DNA from: a virus
Taxonomy: Duplodnaviria; Heunggongvirae; Uroviricota; Caudoviricetes
Direction: 5' to 3' (one strand)
Virus record (IMG/VR): IMGVR_UViG_2974695582_000001
Location: 46,918-110,917 of that record
Length of the DNA: 64,000 bases
Below the pieces are notes generated by a model. It did no database searches. It was not told where the DNA came from and saw only the letters and a program-made list of their open reading frames with translations. The translations under genes and the position numbers were made by a program. Shown here one piece after another: positions 1 to 9,524 of the stretch; the stretch's first letter is position 1; every line of letters starts with the position of its first letter.

Positions 1-1
1 C

Positions 2-382
2 CAGCACAAGCCGGACCTGGTAATCTGTGATTACCACCAGCTATTCCAGTGCAATAGTAAGTCTAATAGCCCTACCGAGCGTGGTATGGCGGTTTCGCGA
101 GAGTTTAAGATGCTCGCTGTTACCAATAATATCCCGCTGATTGATATTACGGCGGCTACTCAGTCTGACCTTTCCGACCGTGACTCTCCTCCGATGATGA
201 GTCAGGTTGCTTGGTCCAAGGCTATCGAATATGATGCCGATATGGCTTTCGCTGTCCACCGTCATGAGGAATCTGACCTGGTGGAGATTGTATGCCGAAA
301 GAATCGTCACGGTAGCATGTTCGACTTCTATCTTGACTGGGATATTGACCGTGGTGTCGTGAACGAGAAGTTTAATCTTTGA
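2..382 (+). CDS. replicative DNA helicase (DnaB-like), C-terminal part; 5' end lies upstream of the window
   Basis: The open frame runs from the window edge. The C-terminal motifs ...EIVCRKNRHGSMFDFYLDWDIDRG... are typical of the DnaB C-terminus. A primase gene lies immediately downstream. Confidence 0.65.
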   Translation, partial: QHKPDLVICDYHQLFQCNSKSNSPTERGMAVSREFKMLAVTNNIPLIDITAATQSDLSDRDSPPMMSQVAWSKAIEYDADMAFAVHRHEESDLVEIVCRKNRHGSMFDFYLDWDIDRGVVNEKFNL

Positions 383-385
383 GAC

Positions 386-706
386 ATGCACAAGACGATT
401 AAGAGATTCGGGCTTGAGGGCAAAATTGGCGACGATGCTGATTTTGCCCGGCTCCGTTCTCAATACGAGAGTATGATTGTTAAAGAAATGAGGGAGCTTG
501 GTTATGTACCTGTACTAGACCTTGGTCCCTATTGGTCAACATCCTATATTCGAGAGGAATCTAGTTACGACTTTATCCTGTCGGTATATGGAATTTACGT
601 CGGAAGGAGGCGTTCATGGGAGGTAGAGGGGATTTCGAATGGGACAGAACTAGGGAGACCTACACCCCCAACCAAGTCGAAGCCACAATCCGGGCCTGCG
701 GAGTAG
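386..706 (+). CDS. hypothetical protein (overlaps the primase start in another frame; uncertain)
   Basis: 106-aa ORF with no strong SD. Its 3' 90 nt overlap the primase ORF. Confidence 0.25.
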   Translation: MHKTIKRFGLEGKIGDDADFARLRSQYESMIVKEMRELGYVPVLDLGPYWSTSYIREESSYDFILSVYGIYVGRRRSWEVEGISNGTELGRPTPPTKSKPQSGPAE

Positions 707-1713
707 ATGTTGAGGGCGAAACACATAACGACTTCCTGTGCTTCTGCCCCTTTCACGGAAATCGATTCAGTCCATCATTTAGTGTTTCCAAGACAAGTGG
801 TGCTTATATCTGCTTCAACCACTCTTGTGGAATGAGCGGAACTCTAATTGACCTAGTCAAGAAGATTCCAAAGAGAGATGGTACATTCAGAAATGAATTT
901 GCTGCTCGTAGGCTTATACTTAAGAAGGGTAGCGAAACGGAACAGGCTTTTGTAGACCAGATTGAAAAGTTGCTTGAGCCTGTTGTGGAGTTTCCTGAAT
1001 TTCCTCAAAAGACGTTGGACCGAATGTATGATGACTTCTGGCAAAATCCGGAGGCGGTTCGGTACATGGTTGAAGAAAGAGGATTTGAAGAGGAGACTCT
1101 AGAATATTTTCGCATCGGATTCTCTGCAAAGAAGGATATTATTGCGGTTCCTATGCATTCTCCTAAGGGAATTCCGGTGGGTGTTATTGGCAGACCAGCC
1201 GACAAAGAGAACAAGTTCTTCAAGAACTCTCAAGGTCTCCCAACAAGTAAGACTCTCTGGAATATCCATAGGGCTAAGAAGCATGGAGAAGTTGTTGTTG
1301 TATGCGAAGCGTCTTTTGATGCAATGAGAATTCATCAGGCGGGCTTTCCGAATGTCGTTGCCTGTCTTGGTGGTAACTTTAGTCCATATCACTTTGAGCA
1401 ATTGAATCGTCACTTTAGTCGAATCATCATCATGACCGACTTTGATAAGAAGGAAAAGCACATCTACAGAAATTGTAGAAAGTGTAAGAGAAAGGGTTTG
1501 AACCTTTGCGTGGGACACAATCCAGGCCGTGACCTTGGTGCTACAATTGCGGCGGGTCTTCACAGAAAAGATGTCCTTTGGGCTTCTTACGAAGAGGGAA
1601 TGGTATACCCTGGTATGGCTAAGGATGCAGGAGATATGACGGATGCAGAAATCCGGCAATGCCTCAAGAATGCAGTCCAGAACTTTGTTTACGAAGGCTG
1701 GCAACTGTACTGA
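616..1713 (+). CDS. DNA primase (DnaG-like, CHC2 zinc finger + TOPRIM)
   Basis: Strong SD (GGAAGGAGG) 7 nt upstream. CHC2 zinc finger C-x-x-H...C motif (FLCFCPFHGNRFSPSFSVSKTSGAYICFNHSCG). TOPRIM-like EASFDAMRIHQAG, and DxD in MTDFD. Confidence 0.85.
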   Translation: MGGRGDFEWDRTRETYTPNQVEATIRACGVDVEGETHNDFLCFCPFHGNRFSPSFSVSKTSGAYICFNHSCGMSGTLIDLVKKIPKRDGTFRNEFAARRLILKKGSETEQAFVDQIEKLLEPVVEFPEFPQKTLDRMYDDFWQNPEAVRYMVEERGFEEETLEYFRIGFSAKKDIIAVPMHSPKGIPVGVIGRPADKENKFFKNSQGLPTSKTLWNIHRAKKHGEVVVVCEASFDAMRIHQAGFPNVVACLGGNFSPYHFEQLNRHFSRIIIMTDFDKKEKHIYRNCRKCKRKGLNLCVGHNPGRDLGATIAAGLHRKDVLWASYEEGMVYPGMAKDAGDMTDAEIRQCLKNAVQNFVYEGWQLY

Positions 1714-1823
1714 GGTATGGGAGGAACCTTCCTCCCAAGCTTGCCTTTGCGGAAGCGAAGGTGGTACAATAGTAAGTAGAAGCCTCGGTAGTAGGCTCAA
1801 ATATATAGGAGATTATAAAACAA

Positions 1824-2531
1824 ATGGCAAAGACGATTAAGGGACTTGCGTCCATTCAGGCAAACCAGAAGGCACAGCAGGAGCGTGCTGAGGCAGGTAA
1901 CCGCCCCAAGGCGGATTGGTTCAAGTTTCCAAAGGGACAGCCGAATGTAGTTGTTCGATTCCTTCAGGAGCTTGACCCTGGTATGGAGAATTACCGTGAG
2001 GACCGTGGTATTGGCTTCATTGCAACCGAGCACAATGCGCCTGGCCCTGATGGCTGGAAGCGTCGTGGACTCTGCACTGTTGATGATGGTGCGTGCTACG
2101 CTTGTGAGCGTCACAAGTTGGATTACAAGGCCGGTTGGAGGCAGAAGCAGAACCTTTACATCAACGTTCTTGCTGACCTAGGCGATGGCCCAAAGGTTTA
2201 CATTCTTACTCGTAATGCGAATTCCGTTTTCGCTCAGAACCTTATTCAGGAGGCTCTTGATGAGGGAAGCATTACGAATGCAAATTACCGTCTGACCAAG
2301 ACTGGTGAGGGAACTCAGACTCAGTGGTCGTTGAAGCGTCTTAAGGACGAGCCTTTCAATGACGAGAAGGCTGAGGTTTGGGACCTTGACCAGGCTGCCG
2401 TCCGTGAGGTAGAGTACGAGAAGCAGCCCGAGTATTACGGTGCTGTTGCGTCTGAGGACGATGCACCTGCTTCGGCTTCTTCTTCACCTTCTATGGCGAA
2501 GCCACAGTCTAACGCTGACGACGAGTGGTGA
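1824..2531 (+). CDS. putative ssDNA-binding protein with acidic C-terminal tail
   Basis: Sits between primase and polymerase. Ends ...SEDDAPASASSSPSMAKPQSNADDEW, an SSB/gp2.5-like acidic tail with terminal aromatic. Has an internal Cys/His cluster CTVDDGACYACERH. Confidence 0.45.
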   Translation: MAKTIKGLASIQANQKAQQERAEAGNRPKADWFKFPKGQPNVVVRFLQELDPGMENYREDRGIGFIATEHNAPGPDGWKRRGLCTVDDGACYACERHKLDYKAGWRQKQNLYINVLADLGDGPKVYILTRNANSVFAQNLIQEALDEGSITNANYRLTKTGEGTQTQWSLKRLKDEPFNDEKAEVWDLDQAAVREVEYEKQPEYYGAVASEDDAPASASSSPSMAKPQSNADDEW

Positions 2532-2532
2532 T

Positions 2533-2578
2533 GTGATTTAGCTGGAACCCCCGCTGTTGATTCGGCGGGGGTTCTTTG
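2533..2578 (+). terminator. Rho-independent terminator hairpin overlapping a promoter
   Basis: aaCCCCCGCtgttgattcGGCGGGGGttctttg: GC stem plus T-rich tail. Confidence 0.55.
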
Positions 2579-2585
2579 CTATGAT
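2557..2585 (+). promoter_or_regulatory. sigma70/HrdB-like promoter (TTGATT-N17-TATGAT), leaderless onto the HNH gene
   Basis: -35 TTGATT at 2557-2562. -10 TATGAT at 2580-2585. The ATG at 2591 is 6 nt downstream. Confidence 0.5.
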
Positions 2586-2590
2586 AGAAC

Positions 2591-2887
2591 ATGTTCGAAT
2601 TTACACCAGAGTACAAGAGGTACATTGAGAGTGACAGATGGAAGCTGGTCTGTGCTCGGTATTGGGCTGTGTACGGCAAAAAGTGCCAGGCATGTGGCTC
2701 ACGTAAAAACCTGCACGTTCATCATAATACGTATGAGCGGTTTGGTCGGGAAGTATTGAAAGACCTCACAGGAGTTTGCCAGGCATGTCACAGAGAGATT
2801 CATAGACTTCATCGGCGGGATAGACGAAAGAGCCTGAGGTCTGTTACACTAAGCTTCGTAAACGCAAAGAAAATTAGACGTCTGTGA
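2591..2887 (+). CDS. HNH endonuclease
   Basis: HNH/zinc motif CQACGSRKNLHVHHNTYERFG...CQACHREIH. Confidence 0.8.
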   Translation: MFEFTPEYKRYIESDRWKLVCARYWAVYGKKCQACGSRKNLHVHHNTYERFGREVLKDLTGVCQACHREIHRLHRRDRRKSLRSVTLSFVNAKKIRRL

Positions 2888-2915
2888 CCCATTAGCCTAG
2901 AAGTGTCACAGCAGA

Positions 2916-5900
2916 TTGTTAGGAGAAAAGGCTTTGGCTTATACAGAACTGCATTTGCACGATTACTATTCAACTCTGGACGGATTGAATTCTCCAGACG
3001 AGTACATGATTCGTGCCAAGGAGTTGGGAATGACCCATCTCGCACAGACAAATCACGGTACCCTGCTTGGTCACCGTGAATTCCAGAAGTCTGCAAAGAA
3101 CGCTGGAATTGTTCCGATTCTCGGTGTTGAGGCGTACATTTCGCCTACCGACCGATTCGACCGACGCGCAAAGAATAAGCGTACTGACGGAACGAACGTG
3201 TACAATCACCTTATCATTCTTGCTCAGGGTGAGACGGGAATGAAGACTCTTCAGACTCTCAATGAGAAGGCGTGGACTGAGGGATTCTATAACAAGCCAC
3301 GTATTGATATGGAGCTTCTTGAAGAGCACAATGATGGCCTTATCATTCTTTCTGGCTGTCTTAACTCGATGCTGTGCAAGGCAATTGAGGCGGGTAACGT
3401 TGAAGAGGCTCACAGGATTGCCCTTGAATTTCGGCGGATTCTTGGTGACAGGTTTTACATTGAAGTTCAGGCTCACAACCCTGTGTATATGAACCAGGCT
3501 CTATTCGAGATTGCTGACAAGAATGGAATCAAGCCTGTTGTTACTTCTGACTGTCACTATGCTCGTAAGGAAGACCTTTGGATTGAAGAGGCTATGCTCA
3601 TTCTGTCTACGAATCCAAAGTTCAGTCGAGACTTTGACTTTACCAAGTCTCAGAAGATGGACATGCTTGAGCGGTTCAATTATCTGTATCCAGACAGGGT
3701 CATGACCTTTGAGGAAATCCAGATTTACCTAAAGTCTGCTGAGGAGCAGCTTACGGATTTCTCAAGGAATGGTTTCGAGCGAGAGGATATTGTCAAGAAT
3801 ACAGAGGAAATTGCTTCTCGAATTGAGGAATACGCTTTCCATCAGAACCTTGACCTTCTTCCTAAGCCTAAGAATGGTAATCCAGACGAGTTGCTAGAAA
3901 AGAAGGCTCGGGCGGGTTTGCGTAATCGTGGTCTGGATAAGGACCCGGTATATGTAGAAAGGCTTGAGGAAGAGCTTGAAATCATCAAGTCAAAGGATTT
4001 CTCGACGTACTTCCTTGTTGTGGCTAATACGATTAAGTGGGCAAAGGACAATGAGATTCTTGTTGGTCCCGGCCGTGGTTCTGGTGCTGGCTCTCTTGTG
4101 AACTATGCTCTTGGAATTACAGAAGTTGACCCGATTAAGTGGGGTCTTCTGTTCTTCCGATTCATTAACCCAGAGCGAAATGACTTCCCTGACATTGATA
4201 CCGACTTTGAGGACCGTAGGCGTAACGAAATCAAGGACTATCTTACGAGAAAGTTCAAGCACGTTGCCTCTATTGCCACGGTTGGTTATTTCAAGGATAA
4301 GGGTGTTGTTCGAGACGCAGCACGAGTGTTCCGAATTGACCCGGCTGAAACAGATGAGGCGTTGAAGACCATCGCCACTTTTGAGGAGTATCAGACTTCA
4401 AAGGCTACTGAGGGGTATCGTAAGAAGTATCCTGAGGTAGAGAAGTTGGCGAATGAGCTTCGTGGTCGTATTCGTCAGACTGGTATGCACGCTGCTGGTA
4501 TTGTTATCTCTAAGGAGCCGATTGCTAACTTTGCTCCGATTGAGACTGCTGCTGACCCAAAGGATAAGACGGCTCCCCGTAGGGCTCTTGTGGCTCTGGA
4601 TATGAATGAGGCTGCTGACCTTGGTCTGATTAAGTTGGATGCACTTGGGCTTAAGACCCTTTCCGTGATGGGTGATGCGGTGAAGATGATTGAGCAGCGT
4701 ACTGGTCGAAAGATTGTCCTGACTGACATTCCTCTTGAGGATAAGAAGGTTTATGACATGATTTCGGCGGGTCACACAAAGGGTATCTTCCAGTGTGAGG
4801 CTGGTCCGTATACAGGACTCATCATGAATATGGGTGGTATCTCCTCCTTCGCTGAACTTGCAGCCTCTAACGCTCTTGTTCGTCCGGGTGCGATGAATAC
4901 CATTGGTGCTGAGTATATCGCTCGAAAGAATGGTGAATCTCCGGTTACGTATCCTCACGAGGATATGAAGTGGTTTACTGAAGAGACTTATGGTGAGATT
5001 CTTTATCAGGAGCAGGTTATGCTTACGATGACCGAACTTGCCGGAATGTCTATGGCAACCGCTGATAAGGTTCGTAAGATTATTGGTAAGAAGAAGGATG
5101 TCAGTGAATTTGAGCAGTACAAGGCTGAATTCGTTGAGGGTGCTTCAAAGAAGGTTTCTAAGGCTGTGGCTGAAAAGCTGTGGCACGACTTTGAGGCTCA
5201 CGCTGGTTACTCCTTTAACAAGAGTCACGCCGTGGCTTATTCCATGATTTCTTACTGGACTGCATGGCTCAAGACGTACTACCCAATTGAGTTCGTTTAC
5301 GCTATGATGAAGAACGAGAACGATAAGGATGTCCGTACCACTTACCTCATTGAGGCTAAGCGAATGGGTGTGAAGGTCAAGTTGCCTCACGTTAACCATT
5401 CCGACCTTGACTTCTCTGTGGAAGAGGATGGTATTCGATTCGGTCTTGCCAACATCAAGTTCATTTCGACCAATCTTGGTACCAAGTTGATTGAGGCTCG
5501 TCCTTATGAAAACTATGCTGCGCTTGAGGCGAAGGTTACTGAGAAGGGCAATGGGCTTAACATCAGGGTTCTCAAGGCTCTGAATGCAATTGGTGCAGCC
5601 ACGTTTGCTGATAATCCTAAGCGAGGAGATGAGCGACACTTCTTCTATGAGTATCTGAGTATTCCCGCTTTCGAAATTCCTGACATGCCTGAGGGTGTTC
5701 GTAATCAGTTCACTCCATTGAGCGCTTTCCGTGAAGATGAAACCAGTATCATTATGGGAATGGTCAAGAATGTGAAGCGTGGAAAGGGATGGTCTCGTAT
5801 TGAAGTTGTTGATGAAACTGGTGAGGCTTCATTCTTCCATAAGGAAGATACTCTGATTGCACCAGGTAATATGTACGCAATGCTGATTGCCAATAAGCGA

Positions 5901-6224
5901 TTGGCTCGGTATGTTGAAATCAGTGATTTCGTGCGGGGTTCTTCGAATACATTCGTAAGATATGTATATTCAAAGAATCTGTCCCATGTGACAGAAGGCT
6001 TCTACTATGTAGTTTCCAATCAGACTCGTAAGACGAGGGCTGGAAAGAACATGGCCGACCTAGTCCTTGCGGATGGGGAAAAGAACCTGTATCCTGTACT
6101 AGTGTTCCCACAGATGTTCCACAAGGCTTATGGCTTCTGCAAGGAAGGTGGAGTTATTGAGGCAACTCTAAAGGAGACTCAGGACGGAGACAGTTACTTC
6201 CTTGACGAAGTAATTCCGCGCTAA
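2916..6224 (+). CDS. dnaE: DNA polymerase III alpha subunit (DnaE-type, PHP + pol domains)
   Basis: 1102 aa. N-terminal PHP motif ELHLHDYYSTLDG. GxGSGAGS finger region. Pol III alpha-like length. TTG start inferred. Confidence 0.9.
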   Translation: MLGEKALAYTELHLHDYYSTLDGLNSPDEYMIRAKELGMTHLAQTNHGTLLGHREFQKSAKNAGIVPILGVEAYISPTDRFDRRAKNKRTDGTNVYNHLIILAQGETGMKTLQTLNEKAWTEGFYNKPRIDMELLEEHNDGLIILSGCLNSMLCKAIEAGNVEEAHRIALEFRRILGDRFYIEVQAHNPVYMNQALFEIADKNGIKPVVTSDCHYARKEDLWIEEAMLILSTNPKFSRDFDFTKSQKMDMLERFNYLYPDRVMTFEEIQIYLKSAEEQLTDFSRNGFEREDIVKNTEEIASRIEEYAFHQNLDLLPKPKNGNPDELLEKKARAGLRNRGLDKDPVYVERLEEELEIIKSKDFSTYFLVVANTIKWAKDNEILVGPGRGSGAGSLVNYALGITEVDPIKWGLLFFRFINPERNDFPDIDTDFEDRRRNEIKDYLTRKFKHVASIATVGYFKDKGVVRDAARVFRIDPAETDEALKTIATFEEYQTSKATEGYRKKYPEVEKLANELRGRIRQTGMHAAGIVISKEPIANFAPIETAADPKDKTAPRRALVALDMNEAADLGLIKLDALGLKTLSVMGDAVKMIEQRTGRKIVLTDIPLEDKKVYDMISAGHTKGIFQCEAGPYTGLIMNMGGISSFAELAASNALVRPGAMNTIGAEYIARKNGESPVTYPHEDMKWFTEETYGEILYQEQVMLTMTELAGMSMATADKVRKIIGKKKDVSEFEQYKAEFVEGASKKVSKAVAEKLWHDFEAHAGYSFNKSHAVAYSMISYWTAWLKTYYPIEFVYAMMKNENDKDVRTTYLIEAKRMGVKVKLPHVNHSDLDFSVEEDGIRFGLANIKFISTNLGTKLIEARPYENYAALEAKVTEKGNGLNIRVLKALNAIGAATFADNPKRGDERHFFYEYLSIPAFEIPDMPEGVRNQFTPLSAFREDETSIIMGMVKNVKRGKGWSRIEVVDETGEASFFHKEDTLIAPGNMYAMLIANKRLARYVEISDFVRGSSNTFVRYVYSKNLSHVTEGFYYVVSNQTRKTRAGKNMADLVLADGEKNLYPVLVFPQMFHKAYGFCKEGGVIEATLKETQDGDSYFLDEVIPR

Positions 6225-6263
6225 AATGGCGGCCCTTCGGGGCCGCAAGCTTTAAGGAGGAAA

Positions 6264-6443
6264 ATGGAAGAAACATTTGAGGTTGACCTTTCTCAATTCC
6301 TGGCTGCTATTATTGAGTCTATGGGTGGAGAAGTCAGGATTCCTTATGACACCCTGCAAAGTGATGCGAAGGGTATTGCCATCGATTTTGAAGAAGATGG
6401 CGCAATTCTTGTTCTAAGTCTAGTTGAGGAGATTCCATCATGA
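6264..6443 (+). CDS. hypothetical small acidic protein
   Basis: 59-aa ORF with AAGGAGG SD 4-10 nt upstream. Its stop overlaps the dut start (ATGA). Confidence 0.45.
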   Translation: MEETFEVDLSQFLAAIIESMGGEVRIPYDTLQSDAKGIAIDFEEDGAILVLSLVEEIPS

Positions 6444-6877
6444 TGGTCGAGTATAAGTTGCTGAGTGAAAAGGCTCAGGCTCCCGTTTTTATGCGGGATG
6501 GGGATGCAGGTGCAGATATCTGTACGACGGAGGCATTTGTTCTAGCCCCTGGTGAGCGCAAGATGGTTCATACTGGGGTGGCTATTGCTGTCCCCGATGG
6601 GTATGCTGCTTTCGTACATCCACGCTCCAGTCTTGCAGCTATACATGGTATCTCTGTTGTAAATGCGCCTGGCACAATTGACGCCGGGTATCGTGGTGAG
6701 GTTTGTGTAATTCTCATCAATCACGGAGATGTTTCTATGGAATTCTCTGAGGGTCAGCGTATTGCCCAGCTTGTATTTCAGCGTGTTGAGCATCCAAGTT
6801 TTGTATTTGTTCGTGAATTTACTGATGACCGAACAGAGCGTGGAACTGGCGGATTTGGCTCGACGGGCACGGTCTGA
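6440..6877 (+). CDS. dut: dUTP diphosphatase (dUTPase)
   Basis: Conserved dUTPase motifs: AGADI, HPRSSLA, VVNAPGTIDAGYRGEV, RIAQLV, GGFGSTG. Confidence 0.9.
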   Translation: MMVEYKLLSEKAQAPVFMRDGDAGADICTTEAFVLAPGERKMVHTGVAIAVPDGYAAFVHPRSSLAAIHGISVVNAPGTIDAGYRGEVCVILINHGDVSMEFSEGQRIAQLVFQRVEHPSFVFVREFTDDRTERGTGGFGSTGTV

Positions 6878-6894
6878 CGTAGTACAATAGAAGT

Positions 6895-7095
6895 ATGATG
6901 AACGGCTACTTCCTCAGGGGAATCACAGAAGACAATATTCTTGTTTTCAGAAGTGATGACCCTGAGGAGCTTCTACGTATTATCAAGCGACTATGCGCCA
7001 GCCGCGATAAACAAATTAGAGCGCTAGCAGAACAACTAGAAATTGACTGGAACAGTCGAGAAAATACAAGAAAAGGTAATAATAAAACTAGATGA
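6895..7095 (+). CDS. hypothetical protein
   Basis: 66-aa ORF in operon context. Confidence 0.4.
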   Translation: MMNGYFLRGITEDNILVFRSDDPEELLRIIKRLCASRDKQIRALAEQLEIDWNSRENTRKGNNKTR

Positions 7096-8117
7096 GTTTC
7101 GAAGATTTTGTTTCCAAACTGGACCCCAAGACAGCTAAGCGTCTTCAGGTTGCTCAGGAGATTGAGACTACTCAGCTCCCATTGGCAAGTATTGGTCTAA
7201 CTCATGCTCTGAATGGAGGAATTGGCCAAGGTCGCGTTTCGACATTCTACGGCAATCAGAGTAGTGGTAAGTCCCTTGTTCTTATGCAGACGATTGGTCA
7301 GCTACAGAAGCAAGGATTTGTATGTGCCTATGGAGACGCAGAGGGCACCTATACAAAGGAATTTGGAAAGCGTCTCGGAATCAACAATGATGAGTTGATT
7401 TACGTTCGTAAGAAGTCTACTGGTGCAATGACGGATAAGATTATTCCGCTAATTGAGGCTGGTGTAGACTTCCTTGTGGTCGATAGTATCAGTGACTTGC
7501 TTCCAGAAGTATTTGTTGGAACTGATGGTAATGTCAAGGAATTTGCTGATATGAAGCAGATTGGTGCTCACGCAAAGTCTATTACAGCAATGTTGAATGC
7601 TATTCACTATGCTAACGAAAAGACGGCGGTGGCCCTTATCAGTCAGACCACAACAAAGATTGAGAACACCTACGTTCAGCAGGTTCCTCACGGAGGCCAG
7701 AAGGTTTTGTTTGGCTCTTCCCAGATTGTTAAGTTGACATCTAGTAATACGGATGCCAAGCAGATTAAGGGAATGGTCCAGCAGGGTGATAGGCTTGTTG
7801 AGAAGCCAATTGGTCGAAAGGTTGATTTGCTTGTAGAGAAGAACAAGTTGGGTCCTCAGCATCGTCGTTGTTCATACGACATGTATTACGACGGCCCGGC
7901 TGTAGGTGTTGACCTTGCTGGTGAGGTCTTTGATATGGCTGTAGACTTTGGTGTTGTAAACAAGTCTGGAGCATGGTACGATTACCAGGATAAGACAATT
8001 TACACTCAGGGTCGTCCAGCGTTCCTTGAGGAGATTAAGAAGGATGATGAGCTGTACTCTCAGTTGAAGAAGGAGGTTAACATCGCTCTAAATGGTGGTG
8101 TTATTGACGACGAGTGA
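7092..8117 (+). CDS. RecA/UvsX-like recombinase
   Basis: Walker A GNQSSGKS in a RecA-like context (GGIGQGRVSTFYGNQSSGKSLV). 341 aa. Confidence 0.75.
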   Translation: MSFEDFVSKLDPKTAKRLQVAQEIETTQLPLASIGLTHALNGGIGQGRVSTFYGNQSSGKSLVLMQTIGQLQKQGFVCAYGDAEGTYTKEFGKRLGINNDELIYVRKKSTGAMTDKIIPLIEAGVDFLVVDSISDLLPEVFVGTDGNVKEFADMKQIGAHAKSITAMLNAIHYANEKTAVALISQTTTKIENTYVQQVPHGGQKVLFGSSQIVKLTSSNTDAKQIKGMVQQGDRLVEKPIGRKVDLLVEKNKLGPQHRRCSYDMYYDGPAVGVDLAGEVFDMAVDFGVVNKSGAWYDYQDKTIYTQGRPAFLEEIKKDDELYSQLKKEVNIALNGGVIDDE

Positions 8118-8305
8118 AGTTTAGTGATTTCGTTGCTCAGGAACAAGAGGCAGAGGCTCCGAAGGGAATTCCTGTTGATGGTGGCTTTAGCTGTCAGACA
8201 TGTTATGAGCAATGCGACGAGGCGGAGTATTTCCGCATTGAAAAGATTTTGAAGTGGAAGTGTTCGGAGGGACACATTTCCTATGTTGAGGACTTTATTC
8301 TCTGA
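8114..8305 (+). CDS. hypothetical Cys-rich protein
   Basis: 63-aa ORF with C-x2-C...C motifs. Confidence 0.4.
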   Translation: MKFSDFVAQEQEAEAPKGIPVDGGFSCQTCYEQCDEAEYFRIEKILKWKCSEGHISYVEDFIL

Positions 8306-8416
8306 GATAGTGGAGAATGTCAGTTTGTTTCTCAGCGGTATGCTTTTGGGGGTGGCTTTGGGAATCATTGCCACCCTCATTGGTGTTACGGCATATATGA
8401 ATAGAGATAAAGAATA

Positions 8417-8644
8417 ATGTGGTGGTCGTGGGTTTTGACCGCAGTAGGTGTCACAGGTCTATATTTTGCTGGCAAGAACAATAAGCTCGGATGGGCTATT
8501 GGAATCTTTGCCCAGACCTTGTGGACAGCATATGCTCTGACTACAGAGCAGTATGGTTTCCTAGTATCAGCCTTTGCGTATGGCTGGGTGTATGTGAAGA
8601 ACTATCTAGCTTGGAGGAAAATTGAGCGAAGCGGAAGAGATTAA
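8417..8644 (+). CDS. hypothetical membrane protein
   Basis: 75 aa with two hydrophobic helices. Confidence 0.45.
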   Translation: MWWSWVLTAVGVTGLYFAGKNNKLGWAIGIFAQTLWTAYALTTEQYGFLVSAFAYGWVYVKNYLAWRKIERSGRD

Positions 8645-8930
8645 GCGAGATGGCGCTATCCCGGTAAAGAATTCCGGCCGGGGTATTCAAAAGGGCGATG
8701 CCATCCTTGAGCCATTTCTGGTAGACTATAAGGAATACAGCAAGTCCTTTGGTGTAACTCAGGAAATGTGGGCAAAGGTTTCTACAGATTCAATCAAGAA
8801 TGGTCGTAGGCAGCCAGCCCTTAAGTTGGTCATCGGTAAGGAAGGCGAAGTTAGAACCCGCCTTTGGGTTATTGGTGACAAGATGTTTCATGAGATGCTT
8901 GAGGCATGGAGGGAAAAGTATGACGTGTGA
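8622..8930 (+). CDS. hypothetical protein
   Basis: 102-aa ORF. Confidence 0.45.
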   Translation: MSEAEEIKRDGAIPVKNSGRGIQKGDAILEPFLVDYKEYSKSFGVTQEMWAKVSTDSIKNGRRQPALKLVIGKEGEVRTRLWVIGDKMFHEMLEAWREKYDV

Positions 8931-9135
8931 GTATGAAGATGGTTGCTGTGATACTTGCGACGGAAAGGGAACATCATATGATGAGCAAACAGGGGGCAAG
9001 TGTTGGGATTGCTATGGCACTGGCCACGTTCATGAGATTGAGGTAACCTTTAAGCAGAGTGGAGTAATTACAGCAGAGCAAATTAACCGAGCAATCGGAC
9101 GTAGTATTCAGCAGAGTCGGAGGTTCCAGGGTTGA
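8920..9135 (+). CDS. DnaJ-type zinc-finger mini-protein
   Basis: ATG after GGAGGG SD. Repeated CxxCxGxG motifs (CCDTCDGKGTSY...CWDCYGTGHV). Confidence 0.45.
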   Translation: MTCEYEDGCCDTCDGKGTSYDEQTGGKCWDCYGTGHVHEIEVTFKQSGVITAEQINRAIGRSIQQSRRFQG

Positions 9136-9461
9136 GTGACGAAAACCCCCTAGAGACTGTGTCGGTCATTACTGAATTCAATGACCTGACTGAGTTTATG
9201 CAGGATGACCAGCTAGATAGAGCACTAGAGCTAGCCATTCGATGCATTGCGCAACCAGATGTTGCAGCGGTAAAGGCTCCGAAGTTGATTGTTGAACTAC
9301 AGGCAATCTCTTTCAAGTTTGCGGTAAAGGCTGTTGAGTATGCGACCATTAAGAAGGACCGGGCTGGTACTGATAACAACCATCGAAAGAACGTTTATTA
9401 TTCAACCAAGGAAGCGCTAGACCGATTGGTTGATGCGCTGAAGTACGCGGCTAGAGCTTAA
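9132..9461 (+). CDS. hypothetical protein
   Basis: 109-aa ORF. Confidence 0.45.
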   Translation: MSDENPLETVSVITEFNDLTEFMQDDQLDRALELAIRCIAQPDVAAVKAPKLIVELQAISFKFAVKAVEYATIKKDRAGTDNNHRKNVYYSTKEALDRLVDALKYAARA

Positions 9462-9524
9462 ACTAGTCAACCAGGATTATGCGTGTTATAATGGTTGTAC
9501 AATAAATAACATTAAGGAAACAAA

